Positions 10,701 to 23,668 of a DNA stretch of 64,000 bases are shown here, piece after piece. Numbering within the stretch: the stretch's first letter is position 1; every line of letters begins with the position of its first letter. The stretch is taken from contig CM082581.2 of assembly GCA_040954595.2 (NCBI GenBank), positions 6,316,699 through 6,380,698 on the forward strand, in the 5' to 3' direction. This DNA is from Balanoglossus misakiensis (taxonomy: Eukaryota > Animalia > Hemichordata). The notes below the pieces were generated by a model that searched no databases, was not told the origin of the DNA, and saw nothing but the letters and a program-made list of their open reading frames with translations. The position numbers and the translations under genes were made by a program.

Positions 10701-13019
10701 CAAGAATGTCCATTTGCCATGCACATTCAGGGTCCCTTGATGTTTCGTCGCGGTGCTGCATGCATTGATGTGACGCCATTTACTGCTTTGTTTGAGTTTA
10801 CATGTATTTGGTTTGGTTAAGATAATGCATACAGTTATGTTCATTTACTGCATATATTTTCTGTTGTGGCAAGACCGATCCAGTCTCATGGACTATGACT
10901 ATGTCCTATTTAAACGTGCTATTGCTTCTAAAGCGTGCCCACTTGCATACCTCGATTCATATAATTTACTCTTCCAAGGAACATCTCTATATACATGTAG
11001 ATAAGCGTGGCATTTTAATACTCCTTTTAATACAGGATCATCTGATGACAATGGTCAAATATAAGGGCCATGCGGGTGGCATTGGAAAGGTGTGTATTCG
11101 CCTACATTCACTTCCATTTATTCGGTATATGTGGCTATACGAGATGACTGCATGGTGTTGTCAATAGTATAATATTCTCAGGTCCTGTAACATGTATCAC
11201 TAAGATATCGCTTGAAGTAAAAACTACAATGAAATTTTCTCTTGACAATGTAATCCGTAGCTTTAAACATTAATGTTGTTCTGCCTATTTTTTTTTCATT
11301 CCAGGACTGGTCATCAACTGGCCTAGAAGTTTGCGGATTTGTCAAGACATCGGTAAGCAAACAAACATCTAAAACGTATCCAATCCAATCCAATCCAATC
11401 CAATCCAATACAATACAATACAATTCAATTCTATACAATACAATACAATACAATACAACACAACACAACACAACACAACACAACACAACACAACACAACA
11501 CAACACAACACAACACAACACAACACAACACAACACAACACAATACAATATCTCACTCACACACACACAGACAGGCTCTCACACACACACTTTTCGTTTT
11601 ATTGTGAGACTTTCTGTGAGATATTTTATTGTGAGAATGCGTTCCAATCACGTAACAGGAAGAACTTCCATGGCCCGACCTACAACTTTACTACACGCCG
11701 TTTTATCATTACATGGGAAGTGACGAAAAGAAAAAGCTCAACATCAGCGAGAAGTGAGTATTGCCTGCATTTTTCGTATCACAATGAAATAAATGTCGAT
11801 TTTGCGACAATCCAGAGTCTGATTGTTCAGGGATTAGGTTAGTAGATGTGATTCCCAACACATATACTCAGTACTGATGGGTTTGTTTCAATCTCTCCAA
11901 CCAGATTTAGCGAAACTGTCGAACACGTAGACGATGCTGTAATGGATGGGACTGAGGGAATGGTCTTCTTTCCATCACTTCTTCACCCGAAGAGCGTTGG
12001 CGATCTGAAACTTGGAAGTACGAATCCACTGGACCAACCCTTAATTGATCCCCACTATCTGGAAGACCCAGAAGATGTGCAAAATATTATACGGGTATAG
12101 GTCTTCGCGCCTGTTCTGTATTAATTTGTTTACCTGTCACATGTGTAATGTTTATGGATTTATTTAACGTCGTATTCCAATAACCAATAAGAATTTCTAT
12201 TCACTTTATAGGGTGTTCGTCTTGCTCAGAAGTTGATGAATACAAACGCAATGAAAGGTCATGGGTACGTCTTCTTAAATGTCCTAATAGAGAGAGAGGG
12301 TGGAGGGAGGGAGGGGAGGGAAGGAGAGAGAGAGTGTGTGTGTGTGTGTCTGTGTTTGTGTGTTTCAAAACAGAGAAAAAATGCAAATGTGCCACTTTGA
12401 AAACTAAGAAAAGTCTGGATTTCCTCTTCGGTTGCAGGATAACTCCATCTCATTACAAGTTTCCCGATTGTCCCCATGAGATAGACAGCGATGACTACTG
12501 GAAATACGTCATTCGCTACCTGACCTGCCCGATTTGGCACACTGTGGGGACTTGCAGAATGGGAGCGGCAGATGACCCCTCCGCAGTGGTTGACCCAGGC
12601 CTCAGGTGATAAATTATTAACGAGCTTAAAAAAATCCCTTGTGCTTTCTTTCAATCATCCTCTCTTAGATGAAGGACTAAAATTGTGTGTCTATCTCATT
12701 TTGAGTCAAACTAAATATTTTTAATTAATCTATGTAGTGGTTATGACAATGGCGCTTAATCACCGTATTTGTCACGCTTTCCTCTGTGGCAATTCATTTG
12801 TCCAATATTTGTGTCATGACCTGACGACCCTTGAAAGGTTATAGTTTCTCCCCACGTCACATCACATCACACCATCTGATTTATTCCAGAGTACGAGGAC
12901 TGGAGAACGTCCGTGTGGTGGATGCCTCCATCATGCCACACCTCCCATCTGGAAATACCAACGCCCCCACCATTATGATCGCCGAAAAGGCTGCAGATAT
13001 GATCAAACAAAACATGTGA
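7791..13019 (+). CDS. GMC oxidoreductase 1 (choline/alcohol dehydrogenase-like, FAD), 15 coding exons
   Basis: Rossmann motif [19 protein letters not shown]; [14 protein letters not shown]; [18 protein letters not shown]; VGENLQDH; catalytic [10 protein letters not shown] and SGNTNAP. All exons found with GT-AG ends and compatible phases (exon 1 7791-7997, exon 15 ~12890-13019). No signal peptide. Confidence 0.93.
11378..11550. repeat. Compound pentanucleotide microsatellite (CAATC)n-(CAATA)n-(CAACA)n
   Basis: Directly visible in GMC1 intron 10. Confidence 0.95.
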
Positions 13020-14557
13020 AAAGGAGCCAAAAAAGGACAGGGGCGATCGCAAAAATCCGGCAGAAATGAAAACCTCTGTATGCGTCTGAATATAAATAAT
13101 TCTACAAAATATCATTCTCAAAAAAATACTAACTGACTGTGAGCAAATACAACGTCTTACACCCTTGTATGGCTTGAATTGATAATTATGTATGTCATTT
13201 GAACGTCATTATTACAATTAAAAAAAATATACTTCAATGGCATCTCTTTGTGACCATTCTATATAATATATAAGATAATTCAATCAATCGCTAGAAAACA
13301 AAATACTTGTTTCCTGGTGAATTTTGAATGTAATGTAACTCTATTTCTGATTAACAGTTCGATCCCATAAATCGTGACTACAGACCATGCTCTCATGTTT
13401 TAAGCGTGTTTTTCTCACAGATCGAATGTTGTTAAAGTATAGTTGGCGGTAGGGTGTTTTATTGAGAGAGAGAGAGAGAGAGGGGGGGGGAGGCCAGCAG
13501 ACCAAGTTAGCTTTTGACGTGGATTATGGGTAATTTAATCTCGATCTCGATTACGTCAAAGAGGAAAACATATCCAAAGCACAAGACTATTAACACAAAC
13601 ATTAAAAGCTGGCCAAGTAAAGATACAACAAACATCACACGCAGCATGCTATTAAACACAGGTATAATCAATGCAAATCACATACATGTACATGTACACA
13701 CAAAAATTGTCACGCTGCGTCAATCATCTCGGGCAAAAAGTATATTAGGTTCACAAGTACTGTGTAACCTCCGGTAAAAGGTGCAAAAGACATACAATGG
13801 CTGTCTTTCCAATGAGTAGCGTTTTGTTTGTCACCATATTTCTCGACCTGACCTGTTTCGGCATTCAATACGACAGACAGCGACAAACCAGACACGGCTT
13901 TTTATTAATGGAGTGGGTAGTCAAGGTTCAATAACTTGCTCTATATCTAACTTCGTAAAGTTCATTCGACCTCTCGTCTGGATTCAGGTCTAACTTCGTA
14001 ACTGACGTCATCCAGGTCACCGCACACTTCCAACCAACATTCAGCAATGTGGAGGATTGCCCGGGACTACCTGCCCTGGATGTGATATTCTTGCTTTTGG
14101 AAAAACAATTTCTTGTGTTATAGATGGTGGCAAATTAATTGATCGCGAATAAACTGAGTAGCATTAGGTTTTGCGTTACACATGCATGGTTGCTGTAGCG
14201 CGAATAAATAAAGTCAAACCACAGACGTATTAGCGTGCGCATCACGTCCAGGCCATATTTATTACGACTGCGAATCTCAATGTATCCATGAGCCAACAAA
14301 AGTGGGATGCTAATACATATTTCCCATACTCATTACATCCGCTCCTGTCTTTCAGTGAACCGGTATAAGCCTCGACCACCGTTTGTTAAATAAAAACGTT
14401 TATTTTACAAGGGTATACGCTTTCTGTTTTAAATAGAAACTCATTAAATACGTATATACCCGGTGTCATATCGCGAAATAGTACAGTCCAGGGCCATCCT
14501 TTGTTAAATTCTAAAGACCGTGTCACCGGAGTATCGGTTGTGTTTAGGTCATTCAAC

Positions 14558-17500
14558 ATGGCAGTCAGCGAAGCAGTCAACACGTACGACTATGTCGTTA
14601 TTGGTGCTGGCAGCGCAGGTTGTGTTCTGGCAAACCGCCTGACGGAAAATGAGAACGTTAGTGTTCTTCTACTTGAAGCTGGTCCCGAAGACACCAAGCC
14701 AGAAATCCACGACCCTGCAAAGATGCCGTCGACTCTGATGTCTGAGATTGATTGGCAGTACAAGGTAAAAGTCTTGCATATTGTAGGCACTATTTTCTCT
14801 GAGAGATTGTTCTAAGTGCACAGTGTTCGAGCACAGGGGGCGCTCTCTCGCCGTGCTTTTATTGTGTGCGTGTTTGTTTGTTTGTCTGTTTGTTGTTATT
14901 GATTGGCATAATAAACAAACAAATATGGTCACGTTTGTTTGTTTGTTTGTTGACATGTAAGGGTGTATTCAACGTTGAGTGAGTGTCATAAGTCTTATGA
15001 TGTGTTCGTATACTTCTCAGACAGCTCCACAGAAACATGGTTGTTTTGCATTTAAAGATCGCCGCTGCAACTGGGCAAGAGGAAAGGTGAGTCTACCAGA
15101 ATATTTCAATAAAAGTATGCCATTTATGAGAATATATAAAAAGCATCTCATTTTGGTTACTGTTTGGTGGGGGCAAAATGGCTGCCCTGACAAAGAAGAA
15201 TGCCGGTTCGTTTTTACTTGTTGTGTCCAGGTCTATCCGGTGACACTATTTTCACGCCCAGTTTTGATTTAGATGATGGGTAAGTACCTGACGACAAATA
15301 CACATGAAAACATATAATTTACTGGATGAGAGCGACCCGTTAGCCCTGAAAACATGCAACGTCATATTACAGGTTCTTGGAGGATCAAGCAGTATTAATT
15401 GCATGATGTATGCGCGGGGTTGCAAAGAAGACTTCGATTCCTGGGCAAGACTGGGAGCTGAAGGCTGGAGCTACGATGAAGTGTTGCCATACTTTTTGAA
15501 ATCAGAAAACAATACCAAGTAAGTGAGTGAGCGAGCGAGCGAGCGAGCGAGTCAGTTAGTGACGATTATATGAAAATATACATAATGAACAAGCCACACG
15601 TGCAGTACTGCACCTTCACCAGACACACACTCGAAAAACAAAAATGGCTTCCCCTTCCCCTTTTCCAGAATGAGGCTGTCCCCTCCCCATGCTTCTGAGT
15701 GATGGCGCCACACACATACGTTCTGCCCGTCTCAAAATATGTCCTAAAACTACTAATATGCACAACGGCTGCATTTATGCGTTAAATTTGATTTTGAATG
15801 GGACTCCCTGTACAGTTACACCTAGCACTGTTGTTGGGAGTTTTTAATTTTCTGTTGATATCAACGATGTCCCCGATTTTGCTTTCATTTTTTCTCTCTC
15901 AGTGAAACATATGCTGAACGTGATTACCATTCTAAAGGGGGCTATCTAACCGTATGTGACCATTCATCTACGTCCAAAACCAGCAAGCTACTCATGGAAG
16001 GAGGTATACTAACACACTTCCGTATACTACAGTAAATTGATACTCCGCGAACATAATGGTTTCTGCGACCGCGAAAAATTCTAAAGTTGGAGAGCATCAG
16101 TGTATATGTCAACAAAACAGAGTGACTTATTTTCATGTACCACCCTTTTCATTTACATCACTTTAATGGCGTTTCGCTGGTGTACCGAAAACGTTTTAAC
16201 CACCTTTCTATACTTTATTTGCGTCTCTGTATAGCCAAGGAACTTGGTTACAAGACAACTGACTTCAACAACTGTGTTGATCCGGTAAGAACACAAAAAG
16301 ATTAATGTGTATAAATGTCTTGAAAATACCTTGTAGTAATAAATTGTGAATAAGGTAAAATTAAGAAGTTAAGATTCAATCCGTTCGTAGGTTGGTTTTA
16401 GCTACATCCAATCGACCATTAAAGATGGAAAGCGATGCAGCACGGCCGATGCTTTTCTGAACCCTGCAAAGGAAAGAACAAATTTAACCATCTGGACGGA
16501 GACTCTGGCAACAAAGGTAAGATTAAGTTTTCATCGCAGTTATGTCAAACCGTCCTGCAAACTTTCCTCACAAGTCTTAAAATGTATGGGACGACAAACA
16601 CCAAAGTTCACACAGGTTAAAAAGTTGTGGGCTGGAATGAAATCACAGTGGAGGGTCAACAGCAGACGCCCAATTACTTATAGATGGGTCGGATGTTATA
16701 CTCGCATGCATGCATGTGCTTACATATAGGCGTTACATTTCAGATCTTATTCAGTGGTAAGAGAGCAACGTCTGTGGAAATCCTAAAAGGAGGCAAGAGC
16801 GGAAGAGTGGACGTGCGCAAAGAAGTCATCCTGTCCGCTGGAACCGTCGCTTCTCCCCAGGTACAATACGAAGTTTGTAATACCGACAGCATGATTGATA
16901 TCTAAAATCGTTCACAGTTATCCGGTTTGAGTTCGGCACTTGGTCTGCACAGTTGTTCCATTTTTATGGAATTCATGACTAGCTACATGTATCTATGAAA
17001 CACATGACCTACCAGTAGGTCAGCCAGCCAGACACATGGCCAGACAAACACACGCATGCATGCCTTCCCTTTTTTTCTCTTTCTCAGCTGCTCATGTTGT
17101 CGGGTGTGGGGCCTCGTGACCACCTCCATGCTTTAGGAATACCCGTGGTTTGTGATCTCCCAGTTGGTGAGAACTTGCAGGTAAGATATTTATTTGCAGG
17201 TAAGATATTTATTTCATTTGAACTGACTTACTGGTAATTCGCTTCCAATGCGTGGTTCATTAGCATATCACTTGCATGAATATGTCTATATTTAATGCTT
17301 TCATCGATACATTCAGTCGACATTCATATAAACCAGCATGACGGTACAATGTTATTTAATCGCAGGATCATCTGATAACAATCATCAAATACAAAGGCCA
17401 TGCAGGTGGCATAGAAAAGGTATGATTGACCATGCTTCCTCCTTTTTCTTCGGTTCCTGTATGTATTATCAAACATGAATATTTCGCTCATTATACATAC

Positions 17501-19414
17501 ATACATACATACATACATACATACATACATACATACATACATACATACATACATACATACATACATACATACATACATACATACATACATACATACATAC
17601 ATACATACATACATACATACATACATACATACATACATACATACATACATTCATACATACATACATACATACATTTGCATATAAATTGACACATAACAAT
17701 GCTATTGTTTATATTCACATAGGGATGGGTTACAAGTGGCCAAGAAGTAAATGGATTTATCAAGACGTTGGTAAGACTTTAATGATTAGTTACTTGAGAC
17801 AAGCAACACCGTTCTGGTGTCTTCAATGTCAGAAATATTCAATCTTCTGCGATTTATGGTAGTTATACGTATAACTAGTATTTACTAATTCATTTCCCGT
17901 TTAAAATACAGCTGAAGTGATTTGTGTAAATTTCCATTCATTGGTACTTTCTATCGTTTTTATTAACGAAACAGGAAGAGCTTCCATGGCCAGACATCCA
18001 GTTGCTCTTCGTTCCGCTTTATTACTTTATGGGCAGTGGCGAAAAGACAAATCTCAACATCAGCGAGGAGTGAGTATTGAGTGCATCACAATTAACTGAT
18101 GAAATATACCTATGGAGTGATATCCTTAACCTGTCTAATTATGCGCATACCTCATTCTGGTGTAACCAATACGACTAGAAGTCTTTTTTTGTTGGACACG
18201 GACCAATGTGTGATAATTGTTCTGTTTACATTTGACATCATATCCTACATGTAACACACACAGCCTGCGCCAGTAAGGGACTACACCTTTTTGACAAATG
18301 TTGGGTGAACATTGACCTACTTTCCTTTGTCTTGGCATCTATGAAGTATGTATGTATGGTAATAATTACATTGAATTCCAACATTAACGAATCGAGCTTT
18401 TCTATGAATTCCCTCTCCGACCAGATTCAGCGAAACCTTCGAACATGTTGACGATGCTGTAATGGATGCAACAGAAGGGATTATGTTCTACCCGGGACTG
18501 CTTCACCCAAAGAGTGTTGGCGATCTCAAACTTGGAAGTAAAAACGCACTGGATCAACCGATCATTGATCCCCACTATCTCGAAGATCCGGAAGACGTGC
18601 AGACTATGATAAGGGTAAGACTTCACGGTCAGTTGACCTGTGTTAAATCCCCTGCAGATGTGTTATTCCTAATCAGGTATTTCTATTTGCTTCATAGGGT
18701 GTTCGTGTTATTCAGAAGTTGATGAATACTGACGCGATGAAAGGTCACGGGTAGGTATTCTTTGCAAAATATACCAAAACAGAGAGATGGGGGCAGGCAA
18801 GGTGCATGGAGAGATGGGAGGGAGGGGGGCATTCATTAAGTAATAAAGATAGGATGTATTGCCGCTGGGGTTATGCGGAATATTTTCTATTCAACTTTTC
18901 CGAGTCAGTGAGATGAAGTGGACTTTTTGTATTGACTTGCTCGTGACTTCCTCTTCTGTTGGTAGAATCACTCCAACGTTATACAAGTTCGACAATTGCC
19001 CCCATGAGATCGACAGCGATGAATACTGGGAACATGTGCTTCGTCACCTGACTTGTGCTATGTGGCATGCTGTGGGGACTTGTACAATGGGAGCGTCTGA
19101 TGACCCCGCTGCTGTGGTTGACCCGAGCCTCAGGTGGTTAGATTTGCATACTCATATTGTTCTCTCCAGACTGTCTTTTCCTATGAAGGGCTAACTCTAT
19201 AGTGTCCAATATCGAGTCTCATGACTTAACGACCCTTAAAAGAGTTCATCATCACCTCATTATCACATCACTTTATATTTCCAGAGTACGAGGACTGGAG
19301 AACGTACGTGTTGCTGATGCCTCCATCATGCCACACCCACCATCCGGAAATACAAACGCCCCCTGCATTATGATCGGTGAAAAGGCAGCAGACATGATTA
19401 AGGAAAACATGTGA
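14558..19414 (+). CDS. GMC oxidoreductase 2, 15 coding exons
   Basis: Same exon structure as GMC1; upstream region and exon 1 very similar to GMC1; [32 protein letters not shown]; ends KENM-stop. Confidence 0.93.
17494..17674. repeat. (CATA)n microsatellite
   Basis: Long run in GMC2 intron 9; source of the YIHT/MYVC ORFs. Confidence 0.97.
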
Positions 19415-20869
19415 AATGGAGAGGAAGAAGCACAGAGGCGATAGCAAAAATGGAGATGAAATGAAAACTCCTTATGTGCATGAACTTGCTAGTATATTTA
19501 GTGAATATGGTTTATGTATAGACGCAACCGCCCCACGAAATCCGATTTAATGTAATTCTCTTTATCTTTCGATAAGATCTGAACAAAGCTCTCACATAAC
19601 TGTACTGTACTGTACTGTACTGTCTTTTGACACGATTGGCATATTCTGCTTTGTTAACGTTACAGTAACTTTAAATACATACATGTATTTCAATAAAATC
19701 AGTCTTTTACATACTGTCATTACGGTATTTTGTATGAAGTAATCAGAAACTATTGGACAGGTTATCGGTATAGTTGTGATTAAAAACATGTAAACAGCGT
19801 AATGCGTATTCCAACATACTGCATGCGCATACGCCAATATCCGATGATTGTACACACCAGTTTAGAAGTCATGTGACCACGTGCCAAACAGAGTAAACAT
19901 ATTACCCATTTTTCACCCCTCTCTTTAAGTTGTTGCCGTGCTGAGCGATAATCCGTCAAGTGAACACGTGCCACAAGAACAAACACAATGACCATACCTC
20001 ACTTCAGTCAAATGCCTTTTACTATATTGACTTTCTAGGCAGTCGCTCCGTCGTGGCGCCTTGGTACAGGTACATTTCAGACACAGGTACCGTGTTGTGC
20101 TGGGAGACATCGCTCAAAAAATGACACTCGCAAATAAAGCCTACATATATCATGATTTAACGCGCCGTTCCTGTGTCAGTAGTCAGTACCGAATGTTTTC
20201 TCTTTTTTTGATGATCAGTCAACCATAGAATTTCGTATAGATCAATCTTGACATATGCGCCTTTTTTCGAGAAAGTAAACAGCCGAGTGATCGAGAAAGT
20301 TATATAAATTATCGGACACCGCGGCGGCTTAATGTTCCATTGCAAAGAATGACGGAATTGGAGTAATCGCCCTTATTCATCATCTAACGCGATACAGAGT
20401 GACGTCATATACACACTGTGTGTAAAGTACTAATTGCTACACCTTCGTTCTGAAATATAATTAGCTGGCGGGGAATGATAGCATTTCGATCCAATTGTGA
20501 GGTTGCCGAACTCAAAATGGAAGAGTTGTGAGTCGGGTAAGCTTTCAAAAAAAATAATTCATGATGTAACAGTCGTCAAGCTGATTCGGCCTTTTCAATT
20601 AATTAATTCAGCGTAACAACGACGGAACAAATATCACTTCAATAAATCATATTTTTGTTAGCGTGAATGACTGCGTTGTCCGGGTACTGTGTCCATTTTG
20701 AACAAACAAATGAAATTGTTTTTCAACCCCTCTCTGTGAAGTAAAATCCTTAAATAAGCATGGCATTCGTCGCCAGCTAATACCAATCCTCAGAGTACAG
20801 CTAAGTGCGTGTTTTATTCTGAAGACCAGTACAGCAATAATAGTTTAATACCGACGAACGCAGGAAGAC

Positions 20870-22774
20870 ATGAACAACCTGGTGGTAATCGCATGCCTGT
20901 TGGCCGTAAGCAGTTACTGCGCCGGCTTTGCGGAGGTGAGTTATTTTTTTTTTCATTTCAGAAAAACATGTAGTTTCATTTTTGTTCGTTTTTCTCTAAG
21001 AAGTATTTTGCTGTTGCTTAATTCTTCACAATACGAGGCTTCGATTTCGATATGCCCCTGCAGGCATTGTCGTTTGGCGCACACCCAACCGTTCCGGATA
21101 GTCCCCGTGCTGACGTGTTTCACTCGGAGAACACATATAATCAACCACATGTTTCCGTTTTGTTGTGATATATTCAGAGCAAATCTTATTCAGTGACAGT
21201 AGACGTCGATGGAGAAGAGCAACAACAATTGGTGACCCTGGATGAAGAGAAGAACGTGGAGATATACCAAGCAGACGGATCTCAGACACAACTTGTGGCC
21301 GACTTCGATACTGTAAGTGAAGTGGTCTAAGTACTAAATAATTTCTACAAAACTGGTTTAACTCATTTACTAGACATATTCGTGACGTGTGTTATTTGCA
21401 AAAAAACGGCATTCATGCAGATGTAATTGGAAGATTAAAAAATCTGCTTCCCGTTTGCCCGTGGCAAATTGTTTACCGTGATCATCGACTTCAAGCTGTA
21501 CATCTGGCGAAATCAGTATTGTCTGCCGGTTTACTATTAAGAATAAAGGGACTACGCTGCATCTTGCTTTTTAGCCAATTTACATTTTAACTTCTCAGGT
21601 CTCGTATCTGTTCTCATTAACATTCCCATAGCCTGAGTCTCTTCGTGTTTTTTTCAGGGGCTGTTTGCCATCATGTATGGCGACGACAATGCATGTTACA
21701 TATCTCCGCTAGAAAATGACGTTTTTGACGAACCATCAAACTTGAAAGCCATCCTGGAGTCTCATGAGGTATGTACACGATAAATTCTAGGTTTTAGTTT
21801 GGCGGTCTGCCCCAGTACGTGACTGTGAAAATAGCTTGATTGAAGTATCAGAACATTAATGTCACCATAGAGCTAACGTCACGATCCTAAACCTATTTGT
21901 TTCCGAATTCCATCAAGAAAAAAATAAAAAGCCTCATTTTACAGATCATAATAGAGTAAAACATGACTACAACACAATGTGAAAGCAAGACGAAATGAAA
22001 TACTGTAAATAGGACGTGTTTTTTCTCTCTTTTTCTGAACTTTCTTAGAAATTGAAGTTCGAAGGAAAGCACATGGAATATTTCACTGTAGCTGGTGATC
22101 GCCTGAAGAACGAGAATGTGGTTGGTGAGACCATTGCCAGAGAATGTGAGGGGAGACCCATCTATTGGTTGAAAGCCGGAGAGCGCCATGGGCAAGGTAA
22201 ATCCAAATAACGCTGTATAACCATATCCCATTGGATAAGCTAAAGATAAAAGTAGTTCATGTGCATGGTAATGACAGAATTCTATTAATATTCCGTATCT
22301 GAGATGCGATTGGTGCACATGGTTTTTATTTGTAAAAATACGAAGCGGGAACTTTCACTAGAAAAAGTAAAGAAAAAGTAAAGAAGGGTGATAGTACAAT
22401 GATAGTACAAAGGCAGGATCTGTAGGATAATTGTTAATCTTCAGTCTACGATCGCAAAGTACGAACATATTTGCATATTACATGCATATCTTCACCTAAA
22501 ACACATTTCATTAAGTATGGTAAATCTAATAATCTCAGTTCACCAGCTTTAAAACCTAATTGTCTGATATGTGATCTTGGCATGCACATGAAAAGTTGGT
22601 ATGTGGGTTCTGAATCACAAACTCGAACTTCAGTTTCTACATATACCAGACGCAAACTGACTGCAATATTCTCATCATTGATAATCTACCGCACTTTGTT
22701 TCTTTCTATATACAGAGAAGCGAGGCTGCAAGTTGGCATGTTTTCTCATATTTTGTGCGTGGAAATGCGATTAG
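20870..22774 (+). CDS. Secreted BRICHOS-domain precursor with C-terminal 4-Cys peptide (putative antimicrobial peptide precursor), 172 aa
   Basis: Exons 20870-20935, 21178-21312, 21658-21768, 22049-22196 and 22716-22774 splice in frame. Signal peptide MNNLVVIACLLAVSSYCAG; BRICHOS hallmarks DFDTGL, ACYI and ECEGRPIYWL (two conserved Cys); then EKR followed by GCKLACFLIFCAWKCD-stop. AATAAA at ~22849. Confidence 0.88.
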
Positions 22775-23668
22775 CACGAAGAAACCAACGTTCGGATTGC
22801 AATCCATCGATTCTTTGTAGTGACAATTGTAGTAGTAGGTTATCAGTGAAATAAACAAGTAAATAAATTACTAAGCATCTAAATTTGTGTTCATTGTCGT
22901 TTGTCCCACAATGTATAGTAAATATGGCTGTTTGTATTTGTGTCTGTGTTAACAGTATGCCTGAGGGTGTGTCTTTCTGTTTGTATCCTCGATATATCTG
23001 GAACGGAGGTGTCGCGGGGCGATTTTGGAACATAGAAACAGGATAAGAAGAAATTAAAGTTGTGTAAATGGTTATAACAAAGAAGAAAGTGTATCAAAGA
23101 CACGCGAATATCCACGCCAACACAACGAGATGGCCACTAATAGATGCAACAGACACCCAAAGTTAGCATACAAATATAAAAGCAAATTATAATGCAAATC
23201 ACACACACATGGGTCGTCATGCAGTATCAAACATCTAGGGCAAAATAGGAGTGCGGTGTAACCTTTTGTGCAAGGACGGACTAAATGCAACCTTGGCCTA
23301 CTGTCGAATCCATCGGTGGCGTTTGGAATGTCGCGACAGTTCCTGACCTGTTTGGAGCATCCAACATGGCAGACATCGATGAATAAAACACAAAAGTGTA
23401 CAGCATCTTGTGATTGAAGCAGGTTGTTTACCAGCTTTTCGTTTGCCGGAAAACGCACACAAGACAGTACAATAATCATAGTGTACAACAAGTTATGTTT
23501 CTAACCATCAGTGTCAGTCTGTATGTAATGTACATCTTTATGGTTTAACCTTCTGTAGAAAGGTGCAAACAAGGCCTAAGGCCAATCGCTGCTTTATCCA
23601 ATTATTATTGACGTATTTATGTCGCCACATTCCTTCAGTTGATTTGACCTGTCTATGGGGCATTCAAA

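Noticed and set aside
13005-13019. C-terminal xxM endings as peroxisomal PTS1
   Set aside because: QNM, ENM, EAM, ESM, EDM and QDM lack the small-basic-hydrophobic consensus.
15391-15420. Cys in the GMC2 flavin loop (SSINCMM) as a covalent FAD site
   Set aside because: It is two residues away from the established His position, and I know no firm precedent; treated as pocket variation.
17324-17763. ORFs of repeated YIHT/MYVC (also 30338-30909, 7229-7639, 11178-11566, 27354-27737)
   Set aside because: Translations of intronic or intergenic microsatellites, not proteins.
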